Position numbers and translations under genes: made by a program. 64,000 bases of DNA from Penicillus capitatus (Eukaryota > Plantae > Chlorophyta): NCBI GenBank assembly GCA_965649825.1, contig OZ287701.1, positions 299,101-363,100 of the forward strand. The letters are read 5' to 3'. Every line of letters starts with the position of its first letter. Within the stretch, counting starts at the first letter, position 1. Under the pieces are notes generated by a model. The model saw only the letters and a program-made list of their open reading frames with translations, did no database searches and had not been told where the DNA came from. Below, piece by piece: positions 12,045 through 23,342 of this stretch.

Positions 12045-13699
12045 ATGACGTCGATTCCTGCCGATTCCGAAAAGGCGATGTCCGTCGAGCTCGTGCGCGA
12101 ACAATGGATAGCGCCTGCAAACATAGAGGCAGAGACGTTCCTTCTGTCGCCTCTCGACCTCGATGGCCTCAGTGGTCGGATGACGCTGTCTTGGCCAATG
12201 TTCTTTAGCTACGACATCGACGCGACGCGTCTCGGCAAGGCCCTTTCCGCGCTGTGTGCCAAGTATCCGATCCTCTGCGGCAGACTTCACTCGGATGACG
12301 ACACGCGTTTCGTTGTCAAGGTGCCGCAGCAGCTCTCGAGGATTCCAGTCCGATGGACTGAGCAGGTCGACCCTGGCCACCCCGAAGCATTCGGGTTCCC
12401 CTTCTCCGAGATGAAAGCAGACATGACAGTGGCTGCAGCCATTCTGAAGCATGGACAGATCACGGCTCCCACCGCCGATTTCCCTGTGGATCCGGCAGTT
12501 CCTTTCTTCATGGAGACCGTAGACACGGAGGCGTTTCTGAGGTCCTCTTCTGCCGACCGGTGTTCGCGAAGGGGACATTGGATGGCGCGTAGGGGAGAGG
12601 CGTCTTCGTTCAGCGCGCGGTTGACGCATTTCTGTGACAGCTGTGCTGTCACCCTCACCGTCTCACACATGATGGCGGATGCCCAGCGACTTCTGCTTCT
12701 GTACAAGGACCTGGGCCTTGCGTACCGCGGCGAAGCCATTCCAGATCGGTGTCACGACAGATCCTGTCTGTGGCCAGATCGACTGGCTCAGCACTACACT
12801 TTCATGGGAGAAGAGGTAGCCAATCTCCCGAGAAAGGCTGCGAGGCAGATCGGCACTCCGACTTTCCCAACGTACCCTCAAGACTTCTCCTGTGTCGAGG
12901 CCCTCTACTTCCCCAAGGTTCAATCTGTCTTGGAGTGGTTTCCATGCAGTCCCATCCGTTGACGATGCAGGATGTGTTGGAGTCCATGAAAGCGATCGCG
13001 AAGCCGTTTCTCTCCGAATCGCAGTTTGTCTCGACAAACGACGCCCTGATGGCGTTCATGTGGATGCTGCAGTGCGAGATTCGAGAGCAGAGAAGCCGCC
13101 CCGTCGTCAACGGAAAGGACTTGGGCATTGGATGCACGACAGTGAGCATAACGCTGGAATTCCGGATCAACGGACTGGATCTGATCCCCGAGAACTACTT
13201 CGGCAACGGCTTCGGATCTGCTCTGCCCTCGTCCGAGGATCTGGACCTCGATGACAGCAAAGCTCTGTCAGAGGTATTTGCTCAGCTCTGTCTGCTGGTT
13301 CGCCGACATGTGACAGCATTCAGAAGGGAGCCTCGGGTGGCGGCTCAGTACGTCCTCTCTTGTTACCACGCCGTGAACAGTGGCGACTGCTCTGTATCGT
13401 TCGAGGGATACAGGGGCGGTCTCACGAACCTTATGAAGACGTCCGTTTTGGAAAGCGACTTTGGACAGGGGCCTCCCGGATTGGCCTTCTTTCCGATGGG
13501 CTCCCCACTGATTGGCAGCATTGGTACTGCCGGACCAGGACCGGGAGAGGGAGAGGGTGTGATGGTCCATGTGCAACTTACTGGACAGCAGCGGTCGAGA
13601 ATAAAAGACTCTCAGATCGCGAAGCAGTTCGCTCCAGGAATGAAGCAACTCTACACCGACATCACGGAGGATGAGCTCCGGTATTTGATTCACTCCTGA
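12045..13699 (+). CDS. BAHD-family acyl-CoA-dependent acyltransferase
   Basis: LSPLD, L..ALS.L...YPILCGRL, catalytic HxxxD (SHMMAD), STNDAL.AF.W, NYFGN and DFGWG-like SDFGQG. Intron 12918-12970 joins LYFPK|DVLESMK. A probable in-frame 51-nt intron lies at 12542-12592. Start is 12045 or 12078. Confidence 0.85.
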
Positions 13700-14922
13700 C
13701 TCGATGCGTTCGTTTTGATCGAAGAGAGCAGACGTTGGTTGTTTGACGGGTTGTCTCTTAGGCTGAATCTAGCGATTGGCCAAGGCTGTGCGACCAGTAC
13801 GCGAACTGACTGCTCTGTCTTCAACCGAACTAACGTGACAGGTTGGCAAGTGCCGCAACGTCATTCGGCCGGCTTCCAATATCTGCCCTTCGTCGTTCGA
13901 GAACGGAACCGGCGTGCAGGCTCCGTTGCTGGCGGCTACGCATCACGCGCTAGGAAGATGGTTGCAAGGGAGGACAAGGTCAATGAAGCTCACCGGCAAC
14001 TGCCATCGGGTAACGAACCACGAGAACGGGCGGCACGTTTTCGAAGAAGGATCTCCGATGGACTATACGCTTCGACAAGGACTTGCGATTAGCGCCGGTA
14101 GCTTAGCGATCGTCGTGGTGATCGCCGGGACGGGCGTCGTCACGATGGAAGGAGAACAGAGGGTGTAGATCGAGTGTGATTGCACAGAAGGGGATCTTGA
14201 CATCCGGCTGCCTGTCCGAAGCACATCCAGAGTTGTGCTGACCGAGCCTGCGACGCCTAGAGCCGCGAGATGATCGTCAGAGATTGATTTAGCGATCGGT
14301 GCTCATGACTGCAAGTCTGATGCATCATTCACTAGAAACTACTCCGCCGCTCAGTGCCAAGAGGTACGTGTTACTCTGCGTTTCAATGGAGATCTACCTA
14401 CATTGCATCATGTATGGGTAGGGACAGGACGGTCCTCTCTCTGCGCCTCATACCAGACATCTTACAGAAAGACGCTGTGGATGGAACGTCAGCTGTGCAG
14501 TGGCGAGTTTGGCGATTTCCTCGTGTTTATCGCCTCGTTTTTCGTTGTCCATGCCCTGTCTATCTTCACCGAGTGCAGCGGCGTCCCTTCGGACATCTGA
14601 ACGCGTTTCTCCACCTCAACATTCCACCCTTGTCTGCACATGTCGTCTATTCTGTCATGTCTTACCCATCCACGATCTTTTGACTTGGAGCCTGTTCTCA
14701 TAAGACTGTCAGATGTATCATTCTTTCTCTGTTTCGGCGACTGTCGTTGTTCTCTGCACCGCTGCGCTGCTGCTGCGCTTCACTGCCTGAAGCTCTGCAT
14801 CCTGTCAAGACAGCATGATGCAGCTGTCTTTTCATGAAAACGGATCTATCGCTCATAAATGAATCGCGTCTCGCGAGACAACTCATTCTGCGGCTTTCCC
14901 TTTAGTGTTTCTCGTCCTCAAA

Positions 14923-17900
14923 ATGCGACGAACTCTGTCTCATCTGCGATTCTGCTTTCTGTGTGCCATGTTCGCACACGGAGTCGGAATACTACGCGCC
15001 GTCCAAAGCGCCTCCACGCGTCCACCCGATGTCGGGTCTGCGAGCGACGGTTCCTCAACGCTGCCTTCGTCGAAGCTTTCTGCAGTGCTGTCCTTGTTTT
15101 AGACCAAACGCTCGGAGAACAGCCTCCCGCCTTCACGGCAACGCCTCCACACCTCTCGACGAAACGCGTTCAAAACGTACTGCTCGAACACGTCCCGCGT
15201 CAAGGGCATTAACCGCATTTTTTTTCGCTTGTAGGCGGCAAACGAAGCGCGCTCGCTACAGTCTGGCGCGTCCATCCATGAGAACGCGGCAGGTCAGGCC
15301 TCCTTTCCCCGTTGTGTACATTGCTAGAGCCGAGAGGTCGCTTCCGTGCTGTAGATTTCAATTGCGACTTGACGAGCGAGACCAGAGATCGATACATATC
15401 ACCAGTCGATCAGACATGGCTCATTACCGACGCCGTCCTTAAGGAGGTCGGTAGCGACTTGCAGAGAATTGTCAACTGCACAAAGGACGGCGATGTGATC
15501 CTTTTTGATGTGACCGGGGTCATCCAGCCATCTTCGCTTGTCATTATTCCGTGGCGTCTGACTCTATCCACCCACGCTGTCGGCGCTCACTCCAATGGCG
15601 GCGACTCTTCGAGTTCAAGGGCAAAGACAAGATTCACGTGTCCTCGGAAGAACGCCGGCCTCTTTCTTGTGCGGTAAGGCCGCACCGAAGGAAAACGTCA
15701 CCTCACTCTTTCGCTGTAGAGCCAAAAGCGTCACGTTCACTGATCTTGTCCTTGAGGGGTGCACCTTCGACAGCAGAGATGAAGTTCGGTCGGTCATCGA
15801 AGTCTCGCAGTGTGAAGATCAAAACAGCACAGGGCTCGTAGCTCTGCATCGCGTTACGCTACGCAAGAATACACTGATCTCAGCCTCGGGGCTTCGTATG
15901 TCCGCGTCATCGTGTTCTGAATTGGAGATGACTGACGTCGAGATCGAAGAAAACGTCTGCTCGGGCGACGGGTGTGGAGTCCTCCTTGCGAGCAAAGGCA
16001 GTTTGCACAACTGCACTGTGTCCCGAAACAAAGTGGTGGAATCTGACAAGCAACAACCGTCCTTGCTATATGCACTGGCGTCATCCAATACCACGATGAA
16101 AGGATTCGTGGCTTACGAAAACGACCTCACCGTCGTTCGAGTTGAAGACGCCGTCATTTCTTTGTCTAAGGCGTCGTTCAATCGGAACTCCGCAGAAAAG
16201 AAAAACGCCGAAGACATGAAGCTCTCCTGCTTTCATTCGATCAGGTCGTCTGCCGCAATGCGCAGATGCACTTTCTTTCCAAATAAAGGCGCTAACGGAT
16301 CTTCCACTAACGACAAAGAGGTGAACGCTGAGCTTGAATCGTCTTTCCAAAGGAAAATCAGCGTCTGGAATGGTAGCTGCCTTTACGCTGAGAGCTCCGA
16401 TGTGACGTTTGAAAACACTGCCGCAACCAGCAACGCGGGGACCAACGGCGGATTCATGCACGCGTCGGAATCCAATGTGACGTTCAAGAACTTTACCGCG
16501 ACCAACAACAGTGCAGGGTCTGCTGGTGGATTCATGATCGCGCGGGACTCAGACGTGACAGTGAAGAACTTCTCCGCGACAAACAACAGCGCTGGGTCTG
16601 AAGGCGGATTCATGTACGCGTGGCGCTCGAAAATGAGCCTGGCGAACAACTTTACCGCGACAAACAACAGCGCTGGGTCTGAAGGCGGATTCATGTACGC
16701 GTGGCGCTCGAAAATGAGCCTGGCGAACAACTTTACCGCGACAAACAACAGCGCTGGGTCTGAAGGCGGATTCATGTACGCGTGGCGCTCGAAAATGAGC
16801 CTGGCGAACTTTACCGCGACAAACAACAGCGCTGGGTCTGAAGGCGGATTCATGTACGCGTGGCGCTCGAAAATGAGCCTGGCGAACTTTACCGCGACAA
16901 ACAACAGCGCTGGGTCAGATGGCGGATTCATGTTCGCGCGGGACTCAGACGTGACAGTGAAGAACTTCTCCGCGACAAACAACAGCGCTGGGTCTGAAGG
17001 CGGATTCATGTACGCGTGGCGCTCGAAAATGAGCCTGGCGAACAACTTTACCGCGACAAACAACAGCGCTGGGTCTGAAGGCGGATTCATGTACGCGTGG
17101 CGCTCGAAAATGAGCCTGGCGAACTTTACCGCGACAAACAACAGCGCTGGGTCTGAAGGCGGATTCATGTACGCGTGGCGCTCGAAAATGAGCCTGGCGA
17201 ACTTTACCGCGACAAACAACAGCGCTGGGTCTGAAGGCGGATTCATGTACGCGTGGCGCTCGAAAATGAGCCTGGCGAACTTTACCGCGACAAACAACAG
17301 CGCTGGGTCAGATGGCGGATTCATGTTCGCGCGGGACTCAGACGTGACAGTGAAGAACTTCTCCGCGACAAACAACAGCGCTGGGTCTGAAGGCGGATTC
17401 ATGTACGCGTGGCGCTCGAAAATGAGCCTGGCGAACAACTTTACCGCGACAAACAACAGCGCTGGGTCTGAAGGCGGATTCATGTACGCGTGGCGCTCGA
17501 AAATGAGCCTGGCGAACTTTACCGCGACAAACAACAGCGCTGGGTCTGAAGGCGGATTCATGTACGCGTGGCGCTCGAAAATGAGCCTGGCGAACTTTAC
17601 CGCGACAAACAACAGCGCTGGGTCTGAAGGCGGATTCATGTACGCGTGGCGCTCGAAAATGAGCCTGGCGAACTTTACCGCGACAAACAACAGCGCTGGG
17701 TCAGATGGCGGATTCATGTACGCGCGGGACTCAGACGTGACAGTGAAGAACTTCTCCGCGACAAACAACAGCGCGGGGTATGATGGCGGATTCATGTACG
17801 CGCGGGACTCAGACGTGACAGTGGAGAACTTCTCCGCGACAAACAACAGTGCGGGGTATGATGGCGGATTCATGTACGCGTCGGAATCCAATGTGAGGCT

Positions 17901-20900
17901 GGAGAACTTCTCCGCGACAAACAACAGTGCAGTGTCAAATGGCGGATTCATGTGCGCTTTGGAATCCAATGTGAGGCTAGAGAACTTCTCCGCGACAAAC
18001 AACAGCGCGGGGTATCCTGGCGGATTCATGTACGCGCTGGACTCAGACGTGAGGCTGGAGAACTTTACGGCGATCAACAACAACGCTGAGTCTGATGGCG
18101 GATTCATGATCGCGCGGGACTCAGACGTGACAGTGGAGAACTTCTCCGCGACAAACAACAGTGCGGGGTCAGATGGCGGATTCATGATCGCGCTGGACTC
18201 AGACGTGACAGTGGAGAACTTTACCGCGACCAACAACAACGCGTTGTCTGCTGGCGGATTCATGATCGCTCGGGACTCAGACGTGACAGTGGAGAACTTT
18301 ACCGCGACAAACAACAGTGCGGGGTCAGATGGCGGATTCATGATCGCGCAGGACTCAGACGTGAGGCTGGAGAACTTTACCGCGGCCAACAACAGCGCTG
18401 AGTCTGATGGCGGATTCATGTACGCGTCGGAATCCAATGTGACGTTCAAGAACTTTACGGCGACCAACAACAACGCTGAGTCTGATGGCGGATTCATGTA
18501 CGCGTCGGAATCCAATGTGACGTTCAAGAACTTTACGGCGACCAACAACAGCGCTGAGTCTGCTGGCGGATTCATGTACGCGTCGGAATCCAATGTGACG
18601 TTCAAGAACTTTACGGCGACCAACAACAACGCTGAGTCTGATGGCGGATTCATGTACGCGCTGGACTCAGACGTGAGGCTGGAGAACTTTACGGCGACCA
18701 ATAACAACGCTGAGTCTGATGGCGGATTCATGTACGCGTCGGAATCCAATGTGAGGCTGGAGAACTTTACGGCGACCAACAACAACGCTGAGTCTGATGG
18801 CGGATTCATGTACGCGCTGGACTCATACGTGAGGCTGGAGAACTTTACCGCGACCAACAACAACGCGTTGTCTGCTGGCGGATTCATGTTCTCAGAAGGT
18901 TCGACGGTGTTGTTCGAGTATACAAACGCTAACAACAGCAGTGCGGAGAATGGCGGATTCGTGTGCGCAAAGAAATCGAAGGTGCAGTTCGAACACACAA
19001 ATGCAGCATGCAACGACGCTGAAAATTTCGGTGGATTCATGTCCGTTACGCATTCGACAGTGACTCTGGATAACACGAACGCCACCAGCAACACTGCAAG
19101 TGATGGCGGGTTCATGTTCGTCAAAGATTCGACGGCGATTCTGAACCATACAATCGCGAAGAGAAACACCGCACTGAATGGAGGGTTCGTGTTTGCGAAG
19201 AAATCAAACGCGAAGCTGGAGGAAACGAACGCGGTTCGTAACACCGCTGAAAAGAAAGGCGGGTTCGTCTACGCAGAACGATCGATAATAACCTTGGTAG
19301 ACTTGAAAGCGGCGAACAGTGGCTCCAGATCCGGAGGATTAATCTACGCTCGGGAGTCCTGCCAAAGAATTAGACGGTCGCAGTGGTCCTCGAGCATATC
19401 GACAACGTCTGGCGGGTTTGCAGCGGCAACAGATGGCAGCTCAATATTCATAAATGACTCCACTATTGTCCGAGAAAAGTCTAGAGACGGCGGAGCGATC
19501 TGGTTAAAGAAATCTCACTTGGCAGCCCACAATCTGTCCATAGCTCACTGCGAAGCCGACAATGGCGGCGGCGTAATGGGTGTCGACTCGTCAACTTTGC
19601 TTTGTGCCGAATGCGTGCTTCACGACAACTCGGCGAAGAGAGGAAACGGTGGCGGAATTTACTTTGACGCCGACCCCAAACAAACTCTCGCTTTGCAGCT
19701 GATCAAAGGCCGCATCGAGAACAACACGGCCAGACTAGGAGGTATGGAATCGTTTTGGAAAGGCAAGCTGCTGATACGACTTGCCTTCAGGAGGTCTTTT
19801 CTTTGTGTGTGAACAAGAGAACATCGACTGTCCCCTCATGGCTCTGGCGGGCACACAACTCTCGGGCAATGTGGCAGGTTTTGGCGGAGGAGCTGTCTTC
19901 GTCGGCTACCCTGAAGCCATTCGCATTCGCTGCTCCAACACCTCGTCGGATGCCAGTTCAGTCTTCTACGAGGAGAAAGAGTGGAAAACACTGCACAGTG
20001 TGAAGTCGATCGATGACGCCTGTCCTGAATGGAAAGGGAACAGCGCAAAAGTCTATGGAGCAGACATTGCAACGTATGCCGCAAGCGCACGGATGACGAT
20101 CGAGGATGCCAATAACTCCGTCTGCGAGAGCGGAGGTGAAGAATGTGTGATAGAAGGGTATCGAGCCGGTACAAAGCTGCCAACGGCGACGGTGACGCTG
20201 TTGGACCATTTGCATCAAGAACGCACGACAAGTTACCAACCAGTTGCGGCCAACATGTCTTCGGCGATGGAGGGAACGTTGAGTGGATCTCTCCTTCTGT
20301 CGATGGACGAAGGGAACTGTACGTTTCAATCCATCAGATCCTACGTCTCTCCGGGTGAGTACAAGCTGACCATCGAGTTTGGTCAAACGGAGATCGAGAG
20401 CATCGGGCTTACTCTGATAGTGCGAAACTGTTCCGCCGGCGAGAGTATGTCGGACGCTGGAATCTGTCTGGAGTGCAGCATCACGACCTACAACTTTCCC
20501 CGTTTAGAAAAAGGATGCAAGCCTTGTCCGGAGAATGGCAATTGCGAGTCCAAAGTCATTACCCCAAACAATGGTTACTGGCATCAGATGCCGTGCTCTG
20601 CCCACTTGCACAGATGCCTTCCGGCCTCCGCCTGCGAATCCGAAGATCGATCCGAGAAGCTGGTTGATGCAGTCCGCAATCTCACCAGCTGCGATTTGGA
20701 CGAAACATGGATTGAGAATTACACGCAAGCGCAGTGCGCGGAGGTGAGCTGCACTGTCTGCCGTCTCTTCAGATCTCCTGAAATACTGCTGTTCATTCTG
20801 CAAGGGTAACGGCGGCCCGCTCTGCAGATCGTGCTTGAAAGGATTCGGCTCTGGCCTGTCTTCGGAGTGCAGAAAGTGCCTGAAGGGGTTCTTCAATACG

Positions 20901-22449
20901 GCCTACATTCTGATGTCGGCTCTCTTTCTCTTGGGACTGACTGCCATCACGATCCACGGCACACTCAGCGCTTTGCGCGGAGACGCGCGGAGGATCCCAA
21001 GTCAGGGCGAGCCCTCGTCTTCGTCAGTGGGAGCGAGAGACTCTCCACTCCTCGAACAAGAAGTGAGTGCAGGATGCCGTCGTTGCCGCATCGCTCAAAT
21101 CGTGCGTTTTAGGGTCAGGCGGATGACGGAGTGCCTGCGTCTGAGAAAGTCCTTGCGAAGTGGAAGGCCGTCGAAATGTTCAAGGTCTAGGCCAAACCTC
21201 CTGTGTCTGTCTCACTTCATCTTTTTGCAGATTACCCTGAGCTACACTCAAGTTACTGTCCTGCTGGCTTCCCTCGACGTTGGATGGGCTTTTTCTCTGA
21301 TCGTCATGGCGGGAGCAGCAGGTGAGTCTAGAGTTCTGGCTGTTTCGCCTCTTGCCGACTGCTTTGCTGGTGTCAGAGTTTTTCGGCGGTCTCGCATCGG
21401 ATGGCATCCGACGCTCTGTCGTGTGCCTGAGCTCGGAGCACCTGTTCTTGCACCCGACGGCATTGGCACTTGTCGTCAACACATGCATCGTACCGTGTGC
21501 CGTGCTTCTCTTCTGGATCGTGTTCTGGGCGATGAAATCGAAGAAGTCTGACGACGGGCTTCAACGCTACCTGGCAAAGAGATGCATGCTGTCGCTCATG
21601 GTCATATGGTACATCACTCTCGTGCCCGTGTTGAAGACCGCGTTGAGCGTCTTCCTCTGTGTCGACGTGCACGACTCGATGGACTTGGAGGAGGTCGACG
21701 CAACGCACAAGTACTGGGCCGTCGACACGGCCCTCGAATGTTATCAAGGCGACCACTTGAAACTCATCTATGCTGTGATCGTCGCCTTTGTGTGTCCAGT
21801 TTACGGCGGACTGCTCGTTCTCTTCGGTGCCTTCCTCGGAGTTTCGGTCAACCACCTTACCGACAAGCAAGGCTGGGGGTACCAGACGACGGGATTCCTT
21901 TATCGCTCATACAAGCTGGATCGTCGTCGCTACTGGGAAGTCGCCATCATCGCGAGAAAGGCCGCCATCGCCTTTCTCGTATTTTGCGCTCATCTCTTCG
22001 ACAGCGCAGTGCCGATCACTGGCGTCGCGTGTTTCATCACACTCGCCATTGCGGCGCAGATTCTGGTGCTGCCTTACCGACATCGTTTTCAAGATCTCAA
22101 TAGAATCGAAGTGGCATCCCTGCTCGTGTCGCTGATGACGACGTTGATCGCTTCAATGCTCAAGGACGAGAACTACCCGGAAAACTACACTCAAGAGCTG
22201 CTGACGGTCGCGTGTGTCTTGCTGAACATCATCACCTTTTCTGTTTTTATATTCTACATTCTCAAGTTCACGGTCGAGTACTTGAAGCACAGTCTCAGAG
22301 AGAAAGGGGAGGATTACGCGCCAGATGCTGGCGTGTTCCGCATTTTGATGCAATGGATCGTCTGCAAGATCAACCATTATATTGCAAAGTTGCGGGCGAC
22401 CCCTGAAGAACCTGAGATTCCAGAGTACTCTGCCGTCGAGGCTGAATAG
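14923..22449 (+). CDS. Multi-exon Pmp-like beta-helix + Cys-rich + multipass membrane protein with a greatly expanded tandem-repeat ectodomain
   Basis: Signal peptide MRRTLSHLRFCFLCAMFAHGVG. In-frame GT-AG introns include 15293-15327, 15674-15719, 19742-19790 and 20744-20804. About 40 GGF/GGA..N repeats, GNGGPLCRSC, WAVDTALECYQGDH, GFLYRSYKLDRRRYWE. TM-region intron positions match the minus-strand paralogs. Confidence 0.85.
16444..18890 (+). repeat. Coding tandem array of about 31 near-identical 78/81-nt units (26/27 aa) with three 393-396-nt higher-order repeats
   Basis: Unit e.g. GGFMYAWRSKMSLANFTATNNSAGSE. ARDSDV-type units start at 16534, 16930, 17323 and 17716 (spacings 396, 393, 393), each of the first three followed by four AWRSKM units. 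Confidence 0.95.
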
Positions 22450-22952
22450 AAAGATTGCGTATTAGAGTCTCTTTTCTTCTTAAGCTGAGCTCTATGACCG
22501 AGCTCAATGTTCAAAGCTGTGACGTGACTTTTCATTTTTTGTCTGCTGAAAATATTGACACACAAGTTTGCATATCATCCAATGAGTGCTACTTGTTCTC
22601 CGAAACAGGCTTTTAAGTTAACGTGACGAAAACACCGCGTCTCTCGGCATCGGTCGCAAGAAGTCGACAAGATGAATCTTTGTTTCGCAAGTACAGTCGG
22701 GTAAACGTCGCCAGACTGTGGCAGAGGGCGGTTCATGCTTCGAGCATTCAATTTTACGCCGAAGACTGGTGTTCCACTCACGGTCAAAAAGACGAGTCTT
22801 GTGTGACTGCGAACATCTGCTCGAGACTTCGGTGCACCTCGTTCGATTGCGCAAGCATCATGGATGCAGCAGACCAATCAACTGCAAATACACACGACAG
22901 CCAAAACTGTGAAGAAAGCGTTCGCTGAAAGCGCCACGTCGTCTTAGAAGTC

Positions 22953-23085
22953 TAACTCAATATCTATGCTTAAACCAAGTGTTCAAATGCTTAATTCAAT
23001 ATCTATGCTTAAACCAAGTGTTCAAATGCTTAATTCAATATCTATGCTTAAACCAAGTGTTCAAATGCTTAACTCAATATCTATG
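22953..23085. repeat. 39-bp minisatellite, about 3.4 copies
   Basis: Unit TTAATTCAATATCTATGCTTAAACCAAGTGTTCAAATGC repeated almost perfectly. Confidence 0.95.
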
Positions 23086-23342
23086 GAGTTTTCTCGATAA
23101 TTCAGCATGTCACAAAGCAGTTTGCATTCCGCGTGCCTTCCGATTCACACTACTGTGCAATCGGAAAAGTGCATGGAAAGCGAAGACAATAGAAAACGAA
23201 TGCCTTCATCGATGTAGATTACGTAGCTCAATGGTGAGAATTGTAAGACAAGACTAGATGTAGGCGAATGTATTGGGAAGTAACAGCATCAACTGTCCTC
23301 TTTACGCAGCCAGGCCAGAAAGTGAGATGAGAATCAAGTCAT

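Noticed and set aside
13914-14600. Small hydrophobic ORFs between the BAHD and receptor genes
   Set aside because: They are short, with no coherent splice model and no family signal.
16444-18890. Possible CRISPR-like array
   Set aside because: Units are contiguous in-frame coding repeats with no unique spacers, in a eukaryotic intron-containing gene with no cas genes.
16383-19244. 953-aa antisense ORF
   Set aside because: It is the mirror of the coding tandem repeat. One stop-free antisense unit amplified about 31 times explains its length.
22979-23257. ORF with repeated FKCLIQYLCLNQV
   Set aside because: It is a translation of the 39-bp minisatellite in AT-rich intergenic DNA.
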